Below, piece by piece: positions 10,253 to 20,312 of a DNA stretch of 64,000 nucleotides; position 1 is the stretch's first letter, and each line of letters opens with the position of its first letter. Position numbers and translations under genes: made by a program. The notes beneath the pieces are model-generated. The model did not search any database. It worked only from the letters and a program-made list of their open reading frames with translations, and was not told the DNA's origin. Where the stretch lies: assembly GCA_000002435.2 (NCBI GenBank), contig CM018791.1, one strand, 5' to 3'. The DNA comes from Giardia intestinalis (lineage: Eukaryota).

Positions 10253-12610
10253 CTAAGAAAGGATACCTATATATCTAGTCAGATCGTGCTTAAGCGCCAG
10301 CTCGAGGGGAGAGATCCCAGGGCCCTCATGATACGAGGAATTTGTGTATACAGAGCTTTCTAGTGGGGCCAGGTAGTGTACTATATCGTCATAGCCTTGT
10401 ATTATGGCATACATTAGAGCGGTAAGCCCCTGCATGCTGATGAATGTTGCCTCTACACTCAGGAGCTTAACTGCTACCAGATCCCCTCTGTATGCCGCCT
10501 CCATGAGTGCAGTCTTACCACTAGGGTTGATGACCCTCTTATAAATATTACGCATGACAAATATGGCAACGTGGGCACCGGTCTCCACAGCCTTAAACCA
10601 CACAGGACTCAAGACACGCTTCTGCTTGGGATCGTCCAAGTGCTGTAAGAGTCCGCTATCAACAGCATAATGCAAAAGCCTCTCGATCCCAAGGTTATTA
10701 ACTTCTAAGCATCTAAATACCGAAATTATTCCATTGTTGTCATAGGGAAATGGTATATTTAAGTGGCCGGCTAGGACCTCCAAGAGTGCAGTGGCTGAGT
10801 CATAAGACTGCCGAGAGACGGCATAATCGAGAGCAGTCATGTTGCTACTGTCAATAGGCATGAGTGCTTCTATGATCTCCACAGGAGCACTCGTATGCTC
10901 AACGGAGTCTGGCTGTGGTGCCAATAATGCCTTCACATAGTGTACATCGTTAAAGATACATGCAAGCATCAAGGGTGTGACACCATCTTCATCTCTCGAA
11001 GAGCTATATTTATGTAAGTAAGTATTAAACATTTTATCATCTTTAACAGCAATGGCATAGTGCAGAGACGTGAAGCCTCTCGATCTTCCAAGATTCCTTT
11101 CTTTTTCCATTAAAAGCCGACATATCTCGCGCCTCCCTTGAAGAGCAGCAATCTTAAATCCAAATCTTCCACTCTTAGATACAAGTCCTCCATCGTATAT
11201 GGCCAACACCTTGCAGGCATCTTCACAGAAATCTTTCTGATCAAGTGCATACATCAGTGCACTGTTCCCGCTTCTATCCTGGTATCCGCCCTCAAACGGA
11301 GCCAGGTACCTCACCATCTCATAGCAGTAGTTGATGACGGCAAGGATCAATGCTGTCATATTCCCGGTTAGCTGACCTGAGGTTGAATTGAGATTGGCAC
11401 TACTACTCAGCAGTCTTACTGTCATACCTCTTCCTACAGCGGCTGTTCTGGTTCCCAAAAGAGATAGTTGGACGGAGCTACTCAGCTGCGAGCCGGATAG
11501 ATCAGAGTACGTGGATGTATCTTTACCAACAAACCCTGCTTCCCGTTCCAACAGAAGTTGTGCAAGGTCAAGGTTTTGATTATCTATAGCATGCATCAGT
11601 GCAGTCCATCCATCAGAATCCTGACAGCACGCTTCGGCACTTATCAATAGGCGGCACCCATCAGAGATAGGGAGGTAATTACAGGCCGCATGCATCAGCG
11701 CTGTCCGCCCCTTCAGATTTGCTCTCTTTAGGAATCTAAGTTGGCTATGCACAAGATCAGGGTCTCCTACCTCAAGAGCATCGAAGAGAGGAGTGTTCTC
11801 CATTGCGTCCCGTTGTATCACGGAGTCTGTTGAGAAATTATCCCAATTGAACGATCCTGCTTCAATCAGGGAGCTTCTGATGTGGTCCCCCATGTTCTCC
11901 AGAGCGCATATGGCTGCAAAGCTTGGTCGTGATAACTCTTGACCAACCATTTTCTTAAGAAGGATGGGGAGATGAGAAGTGCACATAGCGTTCTCGGGAC
12001 AGTATCGAGAAATAAGATCCTGGATAAATCTTCCTAGACGTGCTACGCTTTGCTGCTCGGACTTTATAGGATTAGATTCTAAAACGCATTCCTTTAAGGG
12101 CACGTATGCCGGCCTGTAAAGAACGTGGCCGTACGAGTCATAGTAAATTTGTTCTTCACTGAATGTAAAGAAGGCGTGGAGCTGCATGCCATTGTACTGA
12201 TAATTGTGTACCAGTTTCACGATCGCTAGCGAAACCCCTACTATTAGCTTCCAAAGCTCAAGCTCTGTCAAAATTGTACCCTGGAACTCCTGTTCTTCCA
12301 AGATTTGATCTAATCTTATACCATGACAATACTGCTCGAAAGAGTACACTTGCCTCTTGCCTCTATCGAACACTAAAGAATAGGACGTCAAGATGCCGTC
12401 TCCGTTGAGCTTTGAACCCTGAATGGATGAGCTCATGGAGTCCAGTCCTGTAGGGAGCGGTTTCAGATACCCCACAAGGTTGTGCGCTAAGAGGACTGCA
12501 GATCCTCCTGCGACAGCTGTGTTATCCAAAGAAGACAGTAAAGCAAGCTGGGTGCTGTCTATCATAAACTGTTTTTTAGAACAATCGGAATCTATAATAG
12601 TGCAACGCAA
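10253..12610 (-). CDS. ankyrin-repeat protein (Protein 21.1 family) with a degenerate NEK-like kinase remnant at the N-terminus
   Basis: There are at least 11 ANK repeats (GRTALMHAACN..., GWTALMHAIDNQNLDLAQLLLE, GNSALMYALDQKDF..., GVTPLMLACIFNDVHYVKALL, GKTALMEAAYRGDLVAVKLL, GLTALMYAIIQGYDDIVHYLAP, etc.). The first roughly 200 aa (EQYCHGIRLDQIL...ELWKLIVGVSLAIVKLVHN...) look like a kinase C-lobe lacking the HRD and DFG motifs. The ATG lies only 3 bp from the stop codon of the upstream gene. Confidence 0.75.
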   Translation of the reverse strand: MRCTIIDSDCSKKQFMIDSTQLALLSSLDNTAVAGGSAVLLAHNLVGYLKPLPTGLDSMSSSIQGSKLNGDGILTSYSLVFDRGKRQVYSFEQYCHGIRLDQILEEQEFQGTILTELELWKLIVGVSLAIVKLVHNYQYNGMQLHAFFTFSEEQIYYDSYGHVLYRPAYVPLKECVLESNPIKSEQQSVARLGRFIQDLISRYCPENAMCTSHLPILLKKMVGQELSRPSFAAICALENMGDHIRSSLIEAGSFNWDNFSTDSVIQRDAMENTPLFDALEVGDPDLVHSQLRFLKRANLKGRTALMHAACNYLPISDGCRLLISAEACCQDSDGWTALMHAIDNQNLDLAQLLLEREAGFVGKDTSTYSDLSGSQLSSSVQLSLLGTRTAAVGRGMTVRLLSSSANLNSTSGQLTGNMTALILAVINYCYEMVRYLAPFEGGYQDRSGNSALMYALDQKDFCEDACKVLAIYDGGLVSKSGRFGFKIAALQGRREICRLLMEKERNLGRSRGFTSLHYAIAVKDDKMFNTYLHKYSSSRDEDGVTPLMLACIFNDVHYVKALLAPQPDSVEHTSAPVEIIEALMPIDSSNMTALDYAVSRQSYDSATALLEVLAGHLNIPFPYDNNGIISVFRCLEVNNLGIERLLHYAVDSGLLQHLDDPKQKRVLSPVWFKAVETGAHVAIFVMRNIYKRVINPSGKTALMEAAYRGDLVAVKLLSVEATFISMQGLTALMYAIIQGYDDIVHYLAPLESSVYTNSSYHEGPGISPLELALKHDLTRYIGILS

Positions 12611-12613
12611 GCC

Positions 12614-15600
12614 TTACAATGGAATCCTGAAGAGGAAGGAAGCTGTTCGAAGGCGCAGAACTTTAACTGCCATAGCAGTCGGAGTATTCTTACGGATAAC
12701 ACTTGAAATGGTCAATCGCTTTGGTCGCCTTGGCTCCTTGGGTAGTAATGACAGTTTAACTTGACTATTATGCTGTCGTGGCGTGCTTGTATGGATGTGA
12801 AGAATAGACACCTCTTTACGTTTGCAAGTTGCATGTGGGGTGATGGTGCTGTTGAAAGGTATGTCAGCAAAAGCCTTGTACCTGTAAGTATTTTGTTTAA
12901 GGGACTTAGAACTGGTGAATAAACAAAGTATCCCGTCTCTATCCAAGTGTACACCTGGAGAGTAATCGCTACCTGTCTTGAACGATCCTGATGAAGCGCT
13001 AGAGACACTCGGCGAAGAAGTATTTACGCCGGGAGGACTTGAACCTATGCTCTTTGTGTTAATCAACTCCAGCCCGACCCCTCTAAGGATATCGGGGATT
13101 GCCTTTGATGGGTAATAGTTAGACAGTAGTGTAGAGTCTGTGCTTTCTGCGGAATTACTTTGATCCAGGTCTTGGTAATCTGGTACGTATGTAGCGTTCA
13201 TTCTGTAACGCAGATGATTGCAATCAGAGCCAGTACTTGATAAAATGTCTGCCCTCTTTCTTGCCAAGGCCTTAGAGTGCAGCGCTTCAGAGTTGGCAAA
13301 GCGTTCAGTGTCCTCTTTACATTTCAAAAGCAGAGTCCGTCTCTCATGAGGGTCTCCATGTACCAGCTCCAAGTCTAGGTGATTCAGGAAATAGTCCACA
13401 AAACGGACAGGCGTTTTGGAGACAATGGCCTTGAGGTCTGGGAGAAGTATTGGCTTTAGTGCAAGCGGCTCGTCTGTAGCATCACTCCAACACATATGGT
13501 CGCCATTTTTTGTATCAGGGCTTGTGGCTGCGTTATAGTCGATTTCGCTACAATAGGTCGGTGTCTTTGGTGTTACGCAATCTGCAGTCATTTTAGTTTG
13601 GGTTCTGTTTTTATCTATCAAGGATTGTTTTTCATTATTCTTTGTACGCATAGCTAGCGCCAATCTACTAAGAGATGCTCTGATATTTGATATGCCTGCT
13701 TGCACATATTTATAAGAACTGAAGACTGTCCTAGCGTTTTGGAGTAATCTATTCTTGGGTGAGGCACTCTGTTCAAGACTCTGTGATCGAGACTTTTTAT
13801 TGTAGGAATTTAACTGGTCCTTATCAATAAAGTCAAAGTCTGAAAGTTCTGTGCCTCTATGCCCCATACTGTAATTGAGAAGAATTTCCTCGCGGTCCCC
13901 GGAGTTTATCGCGCGAACTAGCTCGTTGTAATAAGGGACTTTAAAAGTCAAAGAGTTGGTGGCCTCTACAGATAATGCAGCGTTGTATAGTTTTCTAAAT
14001 TGCTCTCCAGCTTGAGGACTAAGGTGACGGGATCTGTCCCTATTCCATACAGCTGGACATGAAATACAGTTTCGCATGGGATGCTGAAGAATAGGTACCT
14101 TCCTGAATATGCTGGTGTGGTCATGAAGAGATAAAGACTTGCCATATTCGTCTACATTTGGAAAGAGCTGTGTTCCAGGGAAGTGAAGATTGGATGGCGG
14201 AGTTGTCGAAGGGGTACTTTGTGTTGATGACTTAACAGTAAGGGGCCTCACATGTTCTATTTTCTGAACAATTGGTAGGTTGGTGCACACCAACGTTTGC
14301 CGGCCTCCCGACATGCTTGTGCTGTCAATATTTTTCTTTTTCTTTAAGAGTAGTTGCTTCAAGGTTGATAGACATACATTAGGTACATCCATCTCCGACC
14401 TATGTAGAAGAGAATATGACGGCAGAGATATTGCCTTTCGAGTTGGTCCCAGATGGCTTAGCCTTTGCCCTCTTGACTGGGCCTTATTACTGGAGACCCG
14501 TCTACTAGCGAAGGATGTGTACTTACTATTTGATGGCCCAGTCGATCTAGATTCGGAGGGACGAAATGCAGTAGCCGAATCCCCCTGCTCAGCATCTTCG
14601 GTACCTGATAGGTTGAGAGCAGATCCCTCTGGTACTAGAGGAGCTCGTGATACCCTAAGGTCTCGTAATACCAGTTTGGAAGATATATCTGCATCTTTGC
14701 TGATAGGGTGAGAGTAAGTGGAACTACCTACTTCTGAAGAGCGTTTGTTACCAGAGGGAAGCAGCTGGAGATAGGATATAACTTTGGAACGGAGTGATTC
14801 ACGCAGAGGATCCCTGGGACTTGTGGGATGCGCTGAAGAGGATTCAATGCAGTCCTCTGCCAATCTAAACGCGCGAATGGTCTGGTTTTCCTTTGCACGC
14901 ATAATTGTGGCGATTGTGGTAGAGTCCTTGTGTGTAAACACAACTGTGTCAACAGAATTGGAGGATTGCCCCTCAACCCTCTTTGAGCCCAGAGGGGTTC
15001 CAGTGATAAGTGACAAGAGGTGGTCTGGGAGGGTAAACAGATAGCTGAGTGGTTTAATGTTGTACTCCTTTAGAATTAGCAGAGCAAGATCGGCATCATC
15101 CATAACCTCTAACAGCTGACTCTGTTGGATGAGTGCCGCCTGACCTTTTAAGCGGCTATATGTTATACTCCTTGATGCGGCAGCACTCCATGCTTCAGAG
15201 GAGAAAATCCTGTCGTCGAAAAAAGGTGAACATCTTGTTGGTAAATGGTCACCATCATAACTTGAAGAAAAGAATGCTTGGAAAAAGGAATAAAGAGAGT
15301 CAAGGGACTGTAACCCACTACCAGGAAGATGTCCTGTTCCACCGTACCTAATGAACGCATCGTGGGCCTCATGTGAGACAAATGACGGGTCGAAGATGGT
15401 ATTGAGACATAGCCCCCTGACCTTTGAGTTGCAGAGCCTCATTATAAGCTCCTCTATATTATAGTCGCACCTGTATGGCAAGACAACTCCGCGATGACTA
15501 AAGGTTTGCATGATATTGCACAGCGCCAGAAAGGTTAAACGACACCGCAGCTTATCTGAGCCCTGGAGTAGTTCGGGGGCTGGTAAATTAAGAATCTCTT

Positions 15601-16213
15601 CATCAGCTGCTGGTTGTATGATTTTAGGAAATCTGCGGAGTAACTGAATAATGGACAGAGAAAGAGTGTTCAAACAGTCTATGATAGAACCTGAGTAACA
15701 CAGCAGTACAGCTTGCAGCAACAGAGCATCTGAGGTAATTATTGTGTCGATCTTTTCACTTTTTCCTCGGGGTGCATCTTGCCGAACAATGGTTGGCTTT
15801 AGAAGGATGTCCAATATCCTCTGAATATCGGGTAATCGATCCATCTGAATGAGAAGAAGTATCAAGCGCTGAGCTGCCAGGGGCGTTGGGCACATCTTCA
15901 ACGAGCATTCAAGGAGCTCGTAGGCTTCCGGATTCCTGTGCATGGACACCAGGCATGCGCCCAGTGAGCTGTAGAGCACAGCCTTGAAGATGCGTAAGTA
16001 AGCTTTGTCGCGGAACATTCGGCAGGGAGCTTGCTGATTGTGACGCGCCGTTACTAGGTCCTGCAGCTGTATGTACATATAGAGCGCCTCCTTATACTCT
16101 TCTTTCTGATACAAGAGAGACGCTCGTCTCAGAACCATATCCATTCGATGTATGTCGCTGGCCATCACATCCTCTTCGTACTTTAATTTTCCACAGCAAC
16201 AAAAACAATCCAT
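12614..16213 (-). CDS. hypothetical protein (1199 aa): N-terminal TPR-like helical region and a Ser-rich disordered middle
   Basis: It is a long ORF. The N-terminus (MDCFCCCGKLKYEE...YKEALYMYIQL...AYELLECSLKMCP) resembles TPR-like helical repeats. The central 300 aa is Ser/Thr/Pro-rich. Confidence 0.55.
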   Translation of the reverse strand: MDCFCCCGKLKYEEDVMASDIHRMDMVLRRASLLYQKEEYKEALYMYIQLQDLVTARHNQQAPCRMFRDKAYLRIFKAVLYSSLGACLVSMHRNPEAYELLECSLKMCPTPLAAQRLILLLIQMDRLPDIQRILDILLKPTIVRQDAPRGKSEKIDTIITSDALLLQAVLLCYSGSIIDCLNTLSLSIIQLLRRFPKIIQPAADEEILNLPAPELLQGSDKLRCRLTFLALCNIMQTFSHRGVVLPYRCDYNIEELIMRLCNSKVRGLCLNTIFDPSFVSHEAHDAFIRYGGTGHLPGSGLQSLDSLYSFFQAFFSSSYDGDHLPTRCSPFFDDRIFSSEAWSAAASRSITYSRLKGQAALIQQSQLLEVMDDADLALLILKEYNIKPLSYLFTLPDHLLSLITGTPLGSKRVEGQSSNSVDTVVFTHKDSTTIATIMRAKENQTIRAFRLAEDCIESSSAHPTSPRDPLRESLRSKVISYLQLLPSGNKRSSEVGSSTYSHPISKDADISSKLVLRDLRVSRAPLVPEGSALNLSGTEDAEQGDSATAFRPSESRSTGPSNSKYTSFASRRVSSNKAQSRGQRLSHLGPTRKAISLPSYSLLHRSEMDVPNVCLSTLKQLLLKKKKNIDSTSMSGGRQTLVCTNLPIVQKIEHVRPLTVKSSTQSTPSTTPPSNLHFPGTQLFPNVDEYGKSLSLHDHTSIFRKVPILQHPMRNCISCPAVWNRDRSRHLSPQAGEQFRKLYNAALSVEATNSLTFKVPYYNELVRAINSGDREEILLNYSMGHRGTELSDFDFIDKDQLNSYNKKSRSQSLEQSASPKNRLLQNARTVFSSYKYVQAGISNIRASLSRLALAMRTKNNEKQSLIDKNRTQTKMTADCVTPKTPTYCSEIDYNAATSPDTKNGDHMCWSDATDEPLALKPILLPDLKAIVSKTPVRFVDYFLNHLDLELVHGDPHERRTLLLKCKEDTERFANSEALHSKALARKRADILSSTGSDCNHLRYRMNATYVPDYQDLDQSNSAESTDSTLLSNYYPSKAIPDILRGVGLELINTKSIGSSPPGVNTSSPSVSSASSGSFKTGSDYSPGVHLDRDGILCLFTSSKSLKQNTYRYKAFADIPFNSTITPHATCKRKEVSILHIHTSTPRQHNSQVKLSLLPKEPRRPKRLTISSVIRKNTPTAMAVKVLRLRTASFLFRIPL

Positions 16214-16355
16214 CAGTTTACGGGAGATGTATAGATTGCTGCAGACAACAAAAAGCTGTAGAAAGGCCTCTTTCGCTTAGTTTCATAGTGGAGTAGTTCA
16301 GGTCATCCTGAGAATAAATCTTGAAAGCACCACCAGAATCTTTCAAAAGAGACAT

Positions 16356-19300
16356 TTAGACAGCTTCGGAGATCTCTGTGATAGTATGCTGCTCAGCACT
16401 AGCAAACAGGAGCCGCATTGTCGATTTTGCCGATCGCAAGCTGAGGGGGAGCTGGTATGTTAGCTCTTTCTTGGTAACGACACTGAGCAGGGGCAATGAG
16501 AAGATCTGTATTGCTGTAACAATACCATCTGACGCCTGCTGGATCAACCCCTCGCGAGCCCTTCTTTTCTCTCTGTCTAGGGGGCTATCAGACAAATATG
16601 CAAGATGGTAAACGATCAGCTGAGAAGACACGTTCTTGTGTGCTCGAGCAGCAGGAAACTTAAAGGTTACAATAATGTTGGGTTTAACTGCAGAAAGCTT
16701 GATTATGGTCCTGTGAGGATATACCACAGACGAGAAGATGGTAGAATCCAGATATCTGGTTAGCCGTGAAGTCTTGGCCAGTACACCAGAGGCGAGCTTT
16801 ACCTCACATTCAAGCAGACTAGCACCTGGCTTGGGAATGAAGTTAGCGCACTGCATTGATGAAGTGGTGTGCGTCAAGGACACAGTGCTGACAACCCTTG
16901 TTGGGGGCTTCTCTTGTGGTGATCTGGTGGATGCGGCAACACCAATGATGTAGTAGTCGGTTGCTGGTATGCTCATCTGAAAGGAGTATGTGGAAAGAGG
17001 CGAGTGTGCATCCAATACAAACTGGAAGACGCGAACTCCTGCTAATAATGCGGGGATCTCCTTGCAGCTGTAAGCTTCTTCTGGTTTTGAAGTGATGCTA
17101 GGTCTTGCTGTTGTTTCGGAAAACGGGTTAGACGGGGTTACTAAATAAAGCATTTGTAAAAGACTTGCTGGCTTGATTAGCAATCGAGTTTGTTGGCAAC
17201 AGTCACTGGGAGAAGACTCGTCAGCAGAAGACTCGTCTTGAGATATATGTGTACACACACAGCCATTCTGTAAGTGAAGCTGGGCACAGGTGCCAGCCAA
17301 TCGCATGGCCACGGGCATTGCCAGATTATGAGCAAGATGCTCACAAAAGGAGCCGAGAATGGTAAGCTCTGTCGGGTCTTCGTCTGGAAGGTTGGTTAGT
17401 ATAGAGGTCTCGTCTATACTGCTCTTGAGCTTATTTGCCAGCTCTTGGTCAAATGTCTCTAACAGAGCATATGCTCTCTCAGACTCCGTCATGGTCTTAT
17501 CTGAAGCTAAGATTTTGCAGATTGGTTCCAGAAGACTCTCTTCACCTGCACACTCCGGACAAAGGGATGCCGGCGCTTCAAATTCATAACTAGAATAAAA
17601 TATCTGATCACGGAGAGGTGAACACGATACGCAAAATGGTAGCTGACACTTTGCACATCGGTCTCCTCTGAGATCTTCGCTAATAGATGCTCCACAGCTG
17701 GAGCAAGGCAGCCCAATTAGACTGCTTGCGATCGCTGTCGGCTGCTCCTGCAAATATTCAAGAAGCATCTGCTCAAACTTATCAGCAATTTCTCCCAGGG
17801 ACAGAGTATTTGTAACTGCTGCTGAACGAAGACGTGCATACAGACTATTCTTAATACGTACTTGGGGAGACAGAATACTGAACAATGTATTGCTGTCTGA
17901 CCTAATAAATCCAGCTAGGAACGTTGAAGAAGCCAATTTGTAGAGAGACGCAGCAAGCTTAATGTAAGTGTCGCTGAAGTAAGATGAAGATTTATACAGC
18001 TTCTTATAGTTTGTGGTGCCAAATATGATCTTCAGTTCGTTAGAGTTCTCTAATAGTGCTGGTGTGTATAGAACCAGAAGCCTAATAATTTCTAAAATCA
18101 TGGGATTTGGTGCTATCATAATCAATGGAATAGAGGCCTTCTTTTCATGCAGTTGGGCTCTCAGAATACTTAGCAGCCCATGAGTGAAGGAAAAATTGCA
18201 TCGAGAGTCAATGATAGCACCTATGCACGTTAGCTTGCTGCCAGCTCCTTTCCTTTTGGTCTTTGCAGCACTTACAAACCGCTGGGCACGTTGATAAATC
18301 GACATTAGCAGAGGTTGTGATGTAGCTGCAATACTTTGCTCCTGGCTTAGCATCAACGCTGTCAGAGTTGATATGATAGTAGGCATAGCTGACTCTCCAT
18401 TCATGTACCGTGCTACAGCGTAACAATTAGACATGGATATTTGAGTGTTAGACTTAGAGCGACCATTATCGGCCAGCAATGAGGTTACAAGAGCACTGAG
18501 TGCGTGGCGTACAGTTATCAGGTGACAAGTGGTATTGAGGGTCGCTTCGGTGATGGGTGGCGCACTGCACAAGGATAGTCCTGCATCAACACTAAATCCT
18601 GGCACAACGAGGTGAGAGATGATAAACTGAGAGCCTTCCGGCTGGTCTACTCGAACAAGATCGAAATCAAAGGGAGTCTTTACCCCAGCGATCAGAGAAG
18701 AGTCACTCCACGATATCTCACATATTAGAGAGAAGAATAAATACTCCTGCGGAATACTGTCCTGACTGCTTTCCTGTATGACGGAGCTTCGCTTCATGTT
18801 CAGATCTGGGACAGACACGTGGAGGCCTACCTGATGACTTTCATATAGCTTGTACCATATGCTTGGACACCTCTTGCTACTGATAAATACGTTTATGCTT
18901 GGAATCGTATGCGGAGGCACTTGGTCGGACAGGCCTAAAGATCTCCCAGTAGGGGTCCTCAGACTGAGATGAGAACAGTAAATGATAATCTGTTTGGCAG
19001 ACGACACAGGTATATTAGACTGAAAGTACACCGACTTACCGCTTGGGCCAAGAGGGGCTTCATCGAAAGGAGCAAATGAAACTGGACGCACTACAGCTGA
19101 CATGGCAGATACAAGTCTGTGCGCATAGCTGAGTACCTTATGCTGGTAAGGTGATTGCTTGTCTGAAGAGGGCTTTACTTCCTTACTCAAATAGGAGGAT
19201 CGCAAGTTTTTTGTATCGAGCTGGAGTAGGAGACGCTCAGCCAAGTCGTTGACAGTTGCTGCAGTCAACACACGATTGAGTCTTTTCTCCTTAGAGTTTC

Positions 19301-20219
19301 CGAATGCGTTGATTTGCTCTAGTAGCATGTCCAGTAATAACTGGTAATCTGTTGTGAGACCGAGGATAAGGGGGTGTATGGCAAACTCAACCTTTAGCTC
19401 TGCGTGTTCTCTATCAATGACCGGGGTGAGACCGTACTTAGAAAGAGCTGGGCCGAGAGCTTCGCAGTGCTTCTTATTCGCGAAGTATAACCGCCTGATC
19501 CTCTGGGACCGGCAGGTAAGAAGCGTCGCTAGTTGCTCTACAAAGTTGCCAACACTTTGATCCTCCTGGTCGATCAAAGCTTCGTTATAGTTGGTAGTGA
19601 TCAGGGGCAGTTGTCGGGTATTAGATGTGCCATCACAAAAAGCCCGATCGTCAGTTAAATTGCATGAGAGATAGTACAGAATAGATGTTTTCCTTTCTTT
19701 CTGACCAGATATCCAGTCTCTCCCCATGTATATGTGTTCACCTTTGTAGCCGATAGAAAACCGAGTAACAATATTAAGTTTTCGCAACGCCTCGGCATCT
19801 GTATCACAAAACATGGCGTAGAACGTCAGCTCTGGAAGGGTAGGAAAAGCAGAGGAATGAACATGTGTTGAGAGGCAATTCTGAGCCCGCAGAGCCTTGA
19901 AGAATGCCAAGGCTTCGGTCTCTTTAAATAGTTGCTTTGGGATTGCTCGCTCTATTTGCCAGGAAAGGCGAAGCGATAGGGTCTGCACCTCTGCACCATA
20001 AAAGTAGTAGACACAAGCGCTTGGAAAGAGAAGGCACCCCAAAAAGAAGCTCTCATCTATACACAGTGTCGCCTTTGCCAGAAATTCTTCGGTCAAAAGG
20101 CTTGCTCCAAGTGGATAGATGTGAGGCATGGGCTGATCTGCCGTGAAGGCTATCACCGTCTGGACATCCTTTTGTTTATCCACTAGAAAGTAGACTTCAT
20201 TAATCTCATAAACTTTCAT
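16356..20219 (-). CDS. hypothetical protein (1287 aa) with an internal treble-clef zinc-finger motif
   Basis: It is a long ORF. An 8-Cys motif, LPCSSCGASISEDLRGDRCAKCQLPFCVSCS...LCPECAG, is encoded at about 17560..17720. This is a FYVE, B-box or RING-like Cx2C spacing pattern, but it lacks the FYVE RRHHCR signature. Confidence 0.55.
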   Translation of the reverse strand: MKVYEINEVYFLVDKQKDVQTVIAFTADQPMPHIYPLGASLLTEEFLAKATLCIDESFFLGCLLFPSACVYYFYGAEVQTLSLRLSWQIERAIPKQLFKETEALAFFKALRAQNCLSTHVHSSAFPTLPELTFYAMFCDTDAEALRKLNIVTRFSIGYKGEHIYMGRDWISGQKERKTSILYYLSCNLTDDRAFCDGTSNTRQLPLITTNYNEALIDQEDQSVGNFVEQLATLLTCRSQRIRRLYFANKKHCEALGPALSKYGLTPVIDREHAELKVEFAIHPLILGLTTDYQLLLDMLLEQINAFGNSKEKRLNRVLTAATVNDLAERLLLQLDTKNLRSSYLSKEVKPSSDKQSPYQHKVLSYAHRLVSAMSAVVRPVSFAPFDEAPLGPSGKSVYFQSNIPVSSAKQIIIYCSHLSLRTPTGRSLGLSDQVPPHTIPSINVFISSKRCPSIWYKLYESHQVGLHVSVPDLNMKRSSVIQESSQDSIPQEYLFFSLICEISWSDSSLIAGVKTPFDFDLVRVDQPEGSQFIISHLVVPGFSVDAGLSLCSAPPITEATLNTTCHLITVRHALSALVTSLLADNGRSKSNTQISMSNCYAVARYMNGESAMPTIISTLTALMLSQEQSIAATSQPLLMSIYQRAQRFVSAAKTKRKGAGSKLTCIGAIIDSRCNFSFTHGLLSILRAQLHEKKASIPLIMIAPNPMILEIIRLLVLYTPALLENSNELKIIFGTTNYKKLYKSSSYFSDTYIKLAASLYKLASSTFLAGFIRSDSNTLFSILSPQVRIKNSLYARLRSAAVTNTLSLGEIADKFEQMLLEYLQEQPTAIASSLIGLPCSSCGASISEDLRGDRCAKCQLPFCVSCSPLRDQIFYSSYEFEAPASLCPECAGEESLLEPICKILASDKTMTESERAYALLETFDQELANKLKSSIDETSILTNLPDEDPTELTILGSFCEHLAHNLAMPVAMRLAGTCAQLHLQNGCVCTHISQDESSADESSPSDCCQQTRLLIKPASLLQMLYLVTPSNPFSETTARPSITSKPEEAYSCKEIPALLAGVRVFQFVLDAHSPLSTYSFQMSIPATDYYIIGVAASTRSPQEKPPTRVVSTVSLTHTTSSMQCANFIPKPGASLLECEVKLASGVLAKTSRLTRYLDSTIFSSVVYPHRTIIKLSAVKPNIIVTFKFPAARAHKNVSSQLIVYHLAYLSDSPLDREKRRAREGLIQQASDGIVTAIQIFSLPLLSVVTKKELTYQLPLSLRSAKSTMRLLFASAEQHTITEISEAV

Positions 20220-20312
20220 GACCTGAGGTCGATAGAAAAGAAAGGAGAGACCTGACTATTTTTTGGTCCTGCTTAGATTTGTGCCAAAGAACCCAGCAGC
20301 TCCACTTGCAGC

